Assembly: GCA_030748635.1 (NCBI GenBank)
Contig: JASMLP010000027.1
Location: 1,227 to 65,226, forward strand
Direction: 5' to 3'
Source: Planctomycetota bacterium
Lineage (GTDB): Bacteria > Planctomycetota > JACQVV01 > JASMLP01
DNA length: 64,000 bases
Shown: piece by piece, positions 42,838 to 51,776 of the stretch
How positions within the stretch are numbered: the first letter of the stretch is position 1
How the letters are laid out: the number at the start of each line of letters is the position of its first letter
Position numbers and translations under genes: made by a program
The notes under the pieces: model-generated
Databases searched by the model: none
Seen by the model: the letters and a program-made list of their open reading frames with translations, nothing else
Told to the model about the DNA's origin: nothing

Positions 42838-44391
42838 ATGAGCACACTTGTGCCCGAAGAGGTGGTTCTGGTTCTGGATTTCGGAAGTCAGTACGCCCAA
42901 CTGATTGCTCGAAGAATCCGGGAGCAAGGAGTTTACTGCGAAATTGTCAGTTATCTGACGCCGATCGAGACTCTTCGCGAGCGATCTCCGCGGGGATTGA
43001 TCCTCTCGGGTGGGCCGTGTTCGGTTTATGCCGATCAGGCTCCTCTTTGCGACTCGGAACTGTTCCGTCTCGGTGTCCCGGTGCTGGGAATCTGCTACGG
43101 GATGCAGTTGGGGTGTCAAACTCTGGGCGGGAAGGTGGGGCCCGCGGATTCTCGGGAGTACGGACGTACTCGCATGCAGGTCCTGGAGACCGATCCTCTC
43201 TTCACCGGACTCGAGAAGGAGCAGACGGTGTGGATGAGTCACGGGGACGCGGTGAGCGAACTCGAGGGAGACTTTCAGGTTCTGGCTACAAGTGATCACT
43301 CTCCTTACGCCGCGGTCCGGCACGCGAGCGAACCCTTTTACGGACTCCAGTTTCACCCCGAAGTGAGTCACACTCCCGGTGGGGCGCAGGTGATCCGAAA
43401 CTTTTTGATCGAGATCTGCGGTTTGCGTGGAGACTGGCGCATGACCGACTTTCGGCGGGTCGCCGTCGAGGCGTGTCGGGAGCAGGTGGGGGATGCCCAT
43501 GTCGTTCTCGGCCTTTCGGGAGGGGTGGACAGCGCGGTGGTCGCCGCCCTGGTTCACGAAGCGATCGGGGAACGTCTTCATTCGATTTTCGTCGACAACG
43601 GATTGCTGCGCGAAGGGGAGTCGGATCAGGTCGTCGAGGCGTTTTCGGCTTACGAACACTTCGACCTGACCCGGGTCGACGCTACGGATCAATTTCTCGA
43701 CTCTTTGGCCGGAGTCACCGATCCGGAAGAGAAGCGCAAGCGGATCGGACACGTATTTATCGAGGTCTTCGAAGAGGCCGCGAAAGCATTTCCCGACGTG
43801 AAGTTTCTGGCCCAGGGGACGCTCTATCCCGACGTCATCGAGAGCGTGCCGGCCCACGGCGGACCCACCGCCAAGATCAAGAGCCACCACAATGTCGGCG
43901 GTCTCCCCGAGACTCTCGGCTTCGAACTGCTCGAACCGCTGCGGTATCTCTTCAAGGACGAGGTCCGGATGTTGGGCGAAGAGTTGGGGCTTCCCGAGTC
44001 GATCCTCTGGCGTCAACCGTTTCCGGGCCCGGGCCTGGCGATCCGGATCGCGGGTGACATCACTCGCGATCGTCTTACGGTGTTGCGCCAGGCGGACACG
44101 ATCGTCCGGCAGGAGATCGACGCGGCGGGACTTACCCGCAAGCTCTGGCAATCTTTCTGCTGTCTCGTTCCGGTCCAGACGGTGGGGGTCATGGGGGATG
44201 AGCGAACTTACGAGGATCTGATCGCGGTGCGCGCGGTCGAGAGCGCGGACGGGATGACCGCCGATTGGGCCCGATTGCCCGCGGATCTGCTCGATCGGAT
44301 CGCCAATCGCGTGATCGGTGAGGTCCGAGGGGTCAACCGAGTGGTCTACGACATCACGAGCAAGCCGCCGGGCACCATCGAGTGGGAATGA
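42838..44391 (+). CDS. guaA: GMP synthase (glutamine-hydrolysing)
   Basis: [43 protein letters not shown]. Confidence 0.98.
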   Translation: MSTLVPEEVVLVLDFGSQYAQLIARRIREQGVYCEIVSYLTPIETLRERSPRGLILSGGPCSVYADQAPLCDSELFRLGVPVLGICYGMQLGCQTLGGKVGPADSREYGRTRMQVLETDPLFTGLEKEQTVWMSHGDAVSELEGDFQVLATSDHSPYAAVRHASEPFYGLQFHPEVSHTPGGAQVIRNFLIEICGLRGDWRMTDFRRVAVEACREQVGDAHVVLGLSGGVDSAVVAALVHEAIGERLHSIFVDNGLLREGESDQVVEAFSAYEHFDLTRVDATDQFLDSLAGVTDPEEKRKRIGHVFIEVFEEAAKAFPDVKFLAQGTLYPDVIESVPAHGGPTAKIKSHHNVGGLPETLGFELLEPLRYLFKDEVRMLGEELGLPESILWRQPFPGPGLAIRIAGDITRDRLTVLRQADTIVRQEIDAAGLTRKLWQSFCCLVPVQTVGVMGDERTYEDLIAVRAVESADGMTADWARLPADLLDRIANRVIGEVRGVNRVVYDITSKPPGTIEWE

Positions 44392-44615
44392 TCTTCCGGA
44401 TTCGGGGCCCGTTTCTTGACCGTAAAACGGGCGGAATGTGGGCCGTCTTTGCGGGATGGCATCGAGGCGATCGTTCGCAAATTTCAGGTGGAAATGGTTC
44501 ACGATGAAAGAGGTGATAACGGTTTGACCGTTTGCAACGGACTGGAGGGGGTGGGCGCAATCCTGACCGATCGATCGTTCGATCCCGAGGGGACCGCTTC
44601 CGCTCAAAACGCGCA

Positions 44616-45785
44616 ATGATCGAAATGTGCTTCCAGGTATGGGCCGTTCTCTCCGCCGTGGGTACGATCGTTTTCTTTCTCCGTGTGATCTGGGTCGGTC
44701 GCTCTCTCCGTCCGCTTCAGGAGGAGGATCTAACCGATCTTGGACGTTGGCCTTCGCTTTCGGTGGTGGTCACGGCCCGGAACGAAGCCGAACAGATCGA
44801 GTCGGCTTTGCGTACCTTGATGGGGTCGACCTATCCCCATCTCGAACTCGTGGTGGTCAACGATCGGTCGGAAGATCGTACCGGTGAGATCGTCGATCGC
44901 CTGGCCGAAGAGGGTCCGGTTCAGGCCGTGCATCTCACCGATCTTCCCGAGGGGTGGCTGGGAAAGGTGCATGCTCAGGCTCGAGGAGCCGAGGTGGCGA
45001 AAGGGGACTGGCTGCTCTTTACCGATGCGGATGTCGGTTTCTCCTCGAACGCACTCAAGCGGGCCGTGGCTTTCGCCGAACGATCCCAATTGGATCATCT
45101 GGCTCTTTTTCCGGATATTCGGGTCGGTGGATTCTGGGCCGGCCTGGTGTTACCGGTTTTCGGGTCTATTTTTCTGGAGCGTTTGCGTCTCCATCGGCTG
45201 GAAAAACCGGGCAGTGGGGCTTACGTGGGTGTCGGGGCTTTCAACCTGGTGCGGCGCGATTCACTTTTACGTTCCGAGGGACTCGCCTGGATTCGGATGG
45301 AAGTGGCCGACGATGTCGGACTTGGCCTCGTTCTCCAGCGTAGCGGAGCGCGGTCAGGGCTTCGAGTGGCCCGCGAAGATGTCAAGGTGCTCTGGTATCC
45401 GGACTTGATCACGATGTTCGAAGGGCTGGAAAAAAATCTTTTTGGAGCTTCCTGTCACTACCGTTTCAGTCGATACCTCGTCACCATGTTCCTGGGAGCC
45501 TCGTTCCTGGGTGGACTCGTCGCGCTCCCTTTTCTCGGCCCGGCGTGGATTTCGATGGGGCTGCCATTTCTGATCGGGTCGGCCCTGATCGCTTCCTCGG
45601 TTCTTGTGCATCAACGGATGGGAACCGGGTTTTATTACGGTCTGCTTTTTCCGGTCGGTTTCGTTTTGTTAGCGTCGATGTTGTCTCGGTCCGCCTGGGC
45701 CTGCTGGCGGAATCAAGGGATCTCCTGGAGGGGGACTCGGTATCCGATCGGCGAATTGCGTGCGAATCAGAGAGTGAAGATCTGA
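44616..45785 (+). CDS. GT2 glycosyltransferase with TM helices (HpnB/CrtQ-like)
   Basis: ARNEA, NDRSED, LPEGWLGK, FTDAD, ADD, WRG. Confidence 0.88.
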   Translation: MIEMCFQVWAVLSAVGTIVFFLRVIWVGRSLRPLQEEDLTDLGRWPSLSVVVTARNEAEQIESALRTLMGSTYPHLELVVVNDRSEDRTGEIVDRLAEEGPVQAVHLTDLPEGWLGKVHAQARGAEVAKGDWLLFTDADVGFSSNALKRAVAFAERSQLDHLALFPDIRVGGFWAGLVLPVFGSIFLERLRLHRLEKPGSGAYVGVGAFNLVRRDSLLRSEGLAWIRMEVADDVGLGLVLQRSGARSGLRVAREDVKVLWYPDLITMFEGLEKNLFGASCHYRFSRYLVTMFLGASFLGGLVALPFLGPAWISMGLPFLIGSALIASSVLVHQRMGTGFYYGLLFPVGFVLLASMLSRSAWACWRNQGISWRGTRYPIGELRANQRVKI

Positions 45786-45910
45786 CTTCTTTGCATCGCT
45801 GCGGTTTGGATCGAGTCGTTGAAGAGAAGAGTGGCGAGCCTATTCTACTCTGGCGAGGGAAGCGACGATCGGAGGTTGGAACCGCTTGATAACCGGTTAA
45901 GAACAGAGAG

Positions 45911-45986
45911 TGGAGCCACCCATGGGAATCGAACCCACAACCTGCGCATTACGAATGCGCTGCTCTTCCGTTTGAGCTAGGGTGGC
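45911..45986 (-). tRNA. tRNA-Thr(CGT)
   Basis: Reverse complement GCCACCCTAGCTCAAACGGAAGAGCAGCGCATTCGTAATGCGCAGGTTGTGGGTTCGATTCCCATGGGTGGCTCCA; anticodon loop TTCGTAA; encoded CCA. Confidence 0.97.
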
Positions 45987-46001
45987 AAGACATCGCGGGG
46001 A

Positions 46002-46031
46002 AGTGTACTTGCAACCAGGAATCGGCGTCAA
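46002..46031 (-). promoter_or_regulatory. Putative sigma70 promoter of tRNA-Thr
   Basis: Minus strand TTGACG-N18-TACACT, just upstream of the tRNA. Confidence 0.55.
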
Positions 46032-46113
46032 CCAGAGTGTCTGGAACCGATTCCCGCGACGATTTGCGGGTGTTGGCAAGGATTGGCTGATAGAATCCGG
46101 TTCGGAAGGATCC

Positions 46114-46629
46114 ATGCGCGAAACGGCTATCGATAACTTACATCCCCCTGTTATTGTGTCGGCTTGTCTGGCCGGGGTGTGCTGTCGTTATGACGGTCGG
46201 GATGCTCTGTCGTCCCAGGTGAAGGAGCGCGTGGAAGCGGGTGAATGTATCTCCTTATGTCCCGAAGAGCTTGGAGGATTGGGCACTCCTCGTCCCAGAG
46301 CCCGAATCGAAGCGTTCGAAGGTTCTTCGGTTTCACTTCCCCAAGACATTCAGGCGGCTCTTTGTCAGCCGATCGGTGTGGAGGGCGGAGGGGCTGTTTT
46401 CCAAGGGAAGGCTCGGGTTCGAACCGAGGAGGGGGTGGATGTCACGGATGCTTTTCTTTCCGGCGCATTCGAGGTGGCCCGTGAAGCTGTTCGGTGCGGT
46501 GCCCGTTCTGCAATTCTCAAGACCCGGAGCCCTTCTTGTGATTCAGAGATTGGAGTAACGGCGGCCCTTTTACAGGGCTTGGGGATCCAAATTTTTCCTG
46601 TCGATCGGGACCGGGAGGAGAGGGGGTGA
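46114..46629 (+). CDS. tudS: DUF523 / 2-thiouracil desulfurase family protein
   Basis: VSACLAG..CRYDG, CPEELGGLGTPR, LKTRSPSC, GVTAALL. Confidence 0.88.
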   Translation: MRETAIDNLHPPVIVSACLAGVCCRYDGRDALSSQVKERVEAGECISLCPEELGGLGTPRPRARIEAFEGSSVSLPQDIQAALCQPIGVEGGGAVFQGKARVRTEEGVDVTDAFLSGAFEVAREAVRCGARSAILKTRSPSCDSEIGVTAALLQGLGIQIFPVDRDREERG

Positions 46630-48101
46630 GGAAGCAGATCGGTTCGTATCGGTTGGAAGGAGTGATCGGCCGAGGAGGGGGGAGCACGGTCTACCGAGCA
46701 TTCCCGGAATCGGGAGAGGAACCCGTGGCGCTCAAAGTTTTGTCGGAAGATTGGGCGGCCGAGGAAAAGGGGATTCAGCGGTTTCTTCGTGAGGGACGTT
46801 CGGCCCAAGCTTTGGATCACCCGAATATCGTGCGTTGCCTCGATGTCGGCTCTCATGAGGGGCGACTCTACATCGCGATGGAGTTGGTAGAAGGGGGCAC
46901 TCTAGGAGAACGGCTTCAGGCCGAGGAGCGCATTCCGGAAAGGGAGGCTCTGGAAATCACGCTCGAGGTCGCACGGGCGCTGGAGTATGCGCATGCGGCC
47001 GGTTTTTTTCATCGGGATGTCAAACCCGCCAATATCTTGATAGGAAGAGATGGGACCGTATTGCTGGCGGACTTGGGTCTCACCCGTCCGCTGAGTGAAG
47101 AGGATCTCATCACCACTCCTGGCGAGGCGGTTGGGACTCCTCACTACATTTCTCCGGAACAGATTCAGGTGGGGCGTGTGGATGAGCGGTGTGATCTCTA
47201 TTCCCTCGGGTGCACCTTGTATCACATGCTGACTGGAGTTCCCCCTTATCATAAAGCGCCTTCCATCGCTCGGATTTTGGATGGCCATCTGGGCGAAGAT
47301 CCTGAGCCCATCATTAATTTTTCTCCCGAAGTCCGGGCTCGGACACTTCGGTTGGTTCAATCGATGATGCAGAAAAAGCCTCGGCAGCGTGTTCCCAGCG
47401 CACCGGCGCTCTGCCGACGCATCGAGGAGGCGTTGTACGGGCCGCGATCTCGAATCGTGGGGTGCTCTGTGCCTGTGAGGTTGTTTTTTCACGGGAGCCT
47501 TCTGTGGCGGGTAGGGATCGTGATCGGGATGGTTGCGGTGGGGGCCTGGGCTGTATTTCTCGGCTGGAATAAGTCCGAGGGGAGGGCTGGAAAATCCTCG
47601 CGGGTTCACGAGGTCGAGGGCATGGGGGCGATCGATAATAGGGTTCAGGCCGAGGTCGACTTCAGGGAACAAAAGCCTCTGCTGCATCGTGCGAAGAAGA
47701 GGGAGGACGCGATCCTTTCGGTCCCTCGGGAGGAGAGGCTGACTGAAACGACAGCGCTGGATATGATCCGCCAGGAGATGAAGGGCTACCTGAAGCGTGA
47801 AGACTTCGGAAGACTGGATGGATTGATTCGGCGTATCGATCAAGAGGAGTGGAACTTGGAAGATCGTGATACGATCGGGAAATGGATATCCGAGGCTCGC
47901 AGGAAAAAAGTTCGAATCCAGCGCGAGATATTTTCCGCCCTGGAAACAGCGCGACATAAGGGAGATGTCCAGGTGGTTCGAGATCACTGCCAACGAGTTA
48001 TGAATCAAGGGGACGCGATGGCCAGCTTTCGGGCCCGTCAGATTTTGGCCGAGGTGGAAAACCGGGTCATCGAAGTGCGGGTGCCCGAGGTGCCTCGATG
48101 A
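46626..48101 (+). CDS. Membrane Ser/Thr protein kinase with an intact active site
   Basis: GRGGGSTVY, VALK, HRDVKPAN, DLG, GTPHYISPEQ, DLYSLG; TM. Confidence 0.95.
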   Translation: MRKQIGSYRLEGVIGRGGGSTVYRAFPESGEEPVALKVLSEDWAAEEKGIQRFLREGRSAQALDHPNIVRCLDVGSHEGRLYIAMELVEGGTLGERLQAEERIPEREALEITLEVARALEYAHAAGFFHRDVKPANILIGRDGTVLLADLGLTRPLSEEDLITTPGEAVGTPHYISPEQIQVGRVDERCDLYSLGCTLYHMLTGVPPYHKAPSIARILDGHLGEDPEPIINFSPEVRARTLRLVQSMMQKKPRQRVPSAPALCRRIEEALYGPRSRIVGCSVPVRLFFHGSLLWRVGIVIGMVAVGAWAVFLGWNKSEGRAGKSSRVHEVEGMGAIDNRVQAEVDFREQKPLLHRAKKREDAILSVPREERLTETTALDMIRQEMKGYLKREDFGRLDGLIRRIDQEEWNLEDRDTIGKWISEARRKKVRIQREIFSALETARHKGDVQVVRDHCQRVMNQGDAMASFRARQILAEVENRVIEVRVPEVPR

Positions 48102-49018
48102 ATCTGGCTCCGGAAATGCAAACTCTCGCGAAGGTGAGCGCCGCATTGGTGGGCGCGATGATCGGTAGTTTTCTCAACGTTTGCATACACCGACTTCCTA
48201 GGTATTCACGTTCCATTGTGCACCCCCCCAGTCACTGTCCGATTTGTGGTATTGGGATCCGTCCTTGGGATAATATTCCGATCCTCTCTTTCCTCCTGCT
48301 CTGGGGAAAGTGTAGGGGGTGTCGGTCTCGCATTTCCTGGCGCTACCCTCTTGTCGAGGCCCTCACCGCGGCGATCTTTTTGGGGGTGACTTGTTTGTGG
48401 CTAGGGAATCAGCATTCGTTTGCCCGTCTGGCCAATTCCGGAATCAGCGTGACCGAGCAGATCGGCGTGCTGGTGATTACTTTCGGTTTTGTGGGGGCCT
48501 TGCTGGTGGCGACTTTTGTCGATTTGCGCTATCGAATTATTCCCGACGAGATCAGCTTGTTGGGGCTTTGTGTGGCTCCACTTTTGTGTGCCGCCATCCC
48601 ATCGATGCTTCATCAACTCCCCTCCCCGGAAGTGGTTCGACATCGACATCTCGCTGGATTCCTGGGCAGCTTGCTGGGGGCTGTTGTGGGGGGCGGCGGG
48701 ATCTATCTCATCGGAGTGGTGGGGAAGGCGATTTTCGGTAAGGAAGCGATGGGGTTTGGGGATGTGAAGTTGCTGGCAATGATCGGGGCATTTCTCGGAT
48801 GGGGCGCGGCGTTACTCACGTTTCTTCTGGCCTGTCTGGTGGGAGCTGTGTTGGGAGGGGTCTCTCTTCTTCTGACTCGGGATCGGTATACACCCTTTGG
48901 GCCCTATCTGGCTCTGGGGGCCCTGACGGTTCATCTCTTTTATCCGAGTGTGATCCGATTCGTATTCGTGACCTGGCCGTCCTTGATCCGCGGGTGGATG
49001 GGAGTCGGGACGCTATGA
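48098..49018 (+). CDS. pilD: Type IV prepilin peptidase/N-methyltransferase (A24)
   Basis: GSFLNVCIHRLP, CPIC/CRGC, YPLVE, DLRYRIIPD, MGFGDVKL, PFGPYL. Confidence 0.95.
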   Translation: MNLAPEMQTLAKVSAALVGAMIGSFLNVCIHRLPRYSRSIVHPPSHCPICGIGIRPWDNIPILSFLLLWGKCRGCRSRISWRYPLVEALTAAIFLGVTCLWLGNQHSFARLANSGISVTEQIGVLVITFGFVGALLVATFVDLRYRIIPDEISLLGLCVAPLLCAAIPSMLHQLPSPEVVRHRHLAGFLGSLLGAVVGGGGIYLIGVVGKAIFGKEAMGFGDVKLLAMIGAFLGWGAALLTFLLACLVGAVLGGVSLLLTRDRYTPFGPYLALGALTVHLFYPSVIRFVFVTWPSLIRGWMGVGTL

Positions 49019-49025
49019 CTGGGGT

Positions 49026-49586
49026 TCAAGAGGTCGGTGGCAACGGGTGTGAGATCCCTGCCGAATCGGATCGGTTGGGGGACGGTTCCCAGCGTCGGTG
49101 CAGTTCATAGGCGAGAATCCCGAACGCGGTGGAAACGTTGAGCGAGTGTTTGGACCCGTACATCGGGATTTCCACGATGGAGTCGGCACGCTCTAGTATG
49201 TCGGGCTGAATGCCCAGAATTTCGTGGCCTAAGACGATCCCCACCGGTTGCTGAAAAGAGGATTCCCAGAAGATTTCACTTCGCGGGGTACGTTCGAGGC
49301 AGAGGATGTGATAACCCCGTTCCTTCAGGTCGTTGACCGCTTGAACGGTTTTTTCGTGATAGGTCCAAGGGACCGTTTCGGTCGCTCCCAGGGCGGTTTT
49401 GAGAACTCCGGGGTGAGGAGGGCGGGCGCAGATCCCTCCGAGATAAACATGTTCCGCGCAGATCGCATCCGCTGTACGGAAGATGGCGCCAACATTCCAT
49501 GCGCTGCGGATGGAATCGAGTACCACCGCAACGGGAAACCGATCCGAGAACTCCTGATTCGGGTTCGCTCTTTGCTCTGAATCCAT
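49026..49586 (-). CDS. TrmH/SpoU-family RNA 2'-O-methyltransferase
   Basis: LDSIRSAWNVGAIFRTADA, GHEILG, EIPMYGSKHSLNVS. Confidence 0.93.
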   Translation of the reverse strand: MDSEQRANPNQEFSDRFPVAVVLDSIRSAWNVGAIFRTADAICAEHVYLGGICARPPHPGVLKTALGATETVPWTYHEKTVQAVNDLKERGYHILCLERTPRSEIFWESSFQQPVGIVLGHEILGIQPDILERADSIVEIPMYGSKHSLNVSTAFGILAYELHRRWEPSPNRSDSAGISHPLPPTS

Positions 49587-49595
49587 GAGAGGCCT

Positions 49596-51770
49596 TTATC
49601 GCTGGAGTCCGAGTTCGTGAGCCCGTTCTTGCAGTTTCGGATTGTCGAGTTGGCGCAGGCACCGGGTGAGCCATGTGTGAAGGGTCGGTTCGCTTCGGGT
49701 AATCAGAGAGAGTTCCTGAAGTGCGGCTAGTTGGGTTTCGATACGGCGACCAGACTGGAGCAATTCCTTCAGAACCGGGATGCGATCACGAGCGTGTTGC
49801 CGACCAATCGCTTGTACCGCGGTGTGAATCAACTCCGGGGACCCGGTCGAGTCGTTGGCCAGACTTTTGAGCAGGGAGCGGACGCCGGGAAGTTCCTCCA
49901 GATTGCCGAGGGATTGGGTGGCCTGGATTCTCGAGTTCTGGGAGCCTTCGCGACACCAACGAGCGAGATGTTGAAAACTTTCCTCGCTTCGCACATTTCC
50001 CAGGGCAAGAAGAATCATGTGTCGACGGGATTCAGAAGTCGATCGGTCCTCCAGGGCACTTGCCATGGAATCGACGATACGGCGCGAACGCTCGGGAGCC
50101 CGGCCGAGTAGTTGATCTGCTGCGGAGCCAAGCGCCAGATAAGCGTGGCGAGAAATGTCGGAGTTGGAGGAACGGAGCAAGGATTGCAAAAATACGGTGG
50201 TTTCAGGATCGGGATGTTCGATCAGGCCCATTTCAGCCACAACACGGGAGCGCAAATTTTCACCTAATTCGGGATCGGAGGCCAGATCGCGAAGGATATG
50301 CTGACAAGCTGAATTTCCGTTCTCGGAAAGGGCTCCCAGGAGGACCGCCAGTCGGTTTTGGTGTTTTCCTGAGCGCAGAGACTCCCCGAGATGAAAGCTC
50401 AACTCCTCGAACTCCAAGGCGTTCAGCAGAGCCTCTCGTTGAGAAGGGTCGATCGTTTCCGACTGTTCGATCTGGCCGATGAGATCATCCAGTTCATCGA
50501 TATTCTGCGGCAGTTGTACCTCGGACTCGGGGAGAGGAGAGGGTTCGAGAAGACGGTCGTGGGCTAGTACGACCTGGGTGTGATTAGCAAATCGTTTTTG
50601 GGTGAGAGAGGGGGGGGCGGGCTGAGCGTCTGATTCCGAGAGAAATCGAGCTCGGAATTGCCGGTGGGTCTGGATGGAGAGAGACTCGTCGACGACCAGG
50701 ACGTGCTCTTCTTCTCCTTGAACGGTCGAGATATGAGAGCGAGCGGGGTCGAGTGTGAATGTGGTGTGGGAGCGGAGAAGGCGTGGTTGGTAGGAGCCGG
50801 AGGTGTGGTTGGATTTGGTCTTGATGATTCCTGGAATGGATTCGGATGTTTGGCGGTAAAGGGCTTTGTGAGCGCCGACCAAGTCGTATTCTCGGTGGGA
50901 CCATGTCGCTTTATCGGTAGGGTTTCGTACGAGTTGAAGATCGAACAGCGGTAACAGGACGAGGCTTCGTTCCATGGAGGTCCATTTGCGAGGAAAACCG
51001 AAGGCGAGAAGTTCTCCTTCGTGGGTGATGCGAACGGCAATTTCTTCCGAACGGATACTTTGAAGCAGGGAGTCGGGTCCGGCTTCCTGGTTCGGATTAG
51101 GTGGCGATATCGAGAACTTCTTCGGAGAGATCGTGACCGCAAGAAGGCGGAATTTTCCGGTTTGGGCGAGGGTTTCCTGCCGAATATTTGCGGTAAAGAG
51201 CATGCTTGTCGATCCCCCCTCGGAATCTGACTGTTTGGTTCGACTCTCGTACTGATAGGTGAATACACGTTTGGATTCCGCGGTTTTTTCGGTTGGAACG
51301 GGAAGAGAAGTTGGGGAATCCGGAGTGGGAGAGGGGATTTCAATGGGTTGGGAAGTGGTGGGAGGGGGGGTGTGAGTTTGTTGGGGGACCCGGAGCGGTT
51401 GAGTCCGATTTCGCCAACCGATGGAAAACAGGGCAAAAGATATGCAGAGGAGGCAGACAATCGCCAGAAGGGCGGTACGGATGGGGTGAGGAGGTGGCTC
51501 CGTCGAAGAAAGCTTCGGATCGAGTCGAGGACTGGAATCTGGCGTGGAGGCACGAGCCGTCAGGAGGCGGTCTTTGGCGCGGTCGCGAAGTTCCTGAAGA
51601 ACTTCAGGACCGGAGCCTGTCATTTCGCAGATCGCTTCTGCGAGGTCGCACTGACGCCCTTCTGACTGCCAGCGAATGTAGAGCGCTTCGGCCTCAGCAA
51701 TCTGAGGGGGGCTGATCAGGGAGCGCTCCAGTGCCGCTTGAGCTTGTTCCCTGTAGAGAGGGTTGTCCAT
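49596..51770 (-). CDS. Membrane-anchored protein with vitellogenin/MTP-like N-terminal beta-barrel and alpha-helical (HEAT-like) domains
   Basis: TM; FTYQYES, EYDLVGAHKALY, IKTKS, ISTVQGEEEHV; LLGALSENGN, EHPDPE, AYLALGS, LLALGN. Confidence 0.65.
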   Translation of the reverse strand: MDNPLYREQAQAALERSLISPPQIAEAEALYIRWQSEGRQCDLAEAICEMTGSGPEVLQELRDRAKDRLLTARASTPDSSPRLDPKLSSTEPPPHPIRTALLAIVCLLCISFALFSIGWRNRTQPLRVPQQTHTPPPTTSQPIEIPSPTPDSPTSLPVPTEKTAESKRVFTYQYESRTKQSDSEGGSTSMLFTANIRQETLAQTGKFRLLAVTISPKKFSISPPNPNQEAGPDSLLQSIRSEEIAVRITHEGELLAFGFPRKWTSMERSLVLLPLFDLQLVRNPTDKATWSHREYDLVGAHKALYRQTSESIPGIIKTKSNHTSGSYQPRLLRSHTTFTLDPARSHISTVQGEEEHVLVVDESLSIQTHRQFRARFLSESDAQPAPPSLTQKRFANHTQVVLAHDRLLEPSPLPESEVQLPQNIDELDDLIGQIEQSETIDPSQREALLNALEFEELSFHLGESLRSGKHQNRLAVLLGALSENGNSACQHILRDLASDPELGENLRSRVVAEMGLIEHPDPETTVFLQSLLRSSNSDISRHAYLALGSAADQLLGRAPERSRRIVDSMASALEDRSTSESRRHMILLALGNVRSEESFQHLARWCREGSQNSRIQATQSLGNLEELPGVRSLLKSLANDSTGSPELIHTAVQAIGRQHARDRIPVLKELLQSGRRIETQLAALQELSLITRSEPTLHTWLTRCLRQLDNPKLQERAHELGLQR

Positions 51771-51776
51771 GGAATT

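Noticed and set aside
42787-44616. 609-aa minus-strand ORF
   Set aside because: Antisense shadow of guaA with no recognisable motifs.
44416-44619. 67-aa ORF between guaA and the glycosyltransferase, with its stop overlapping the next ATG
   Set aside because: TTG start, no clear RBS and no recognisable motif; cannot be supported.
45786-45986. tRNA-Thr as an integration site for an island
   Set aside because: I found no duplicated tRNA 3' end, no integrase and no obvious compositional break in the window.
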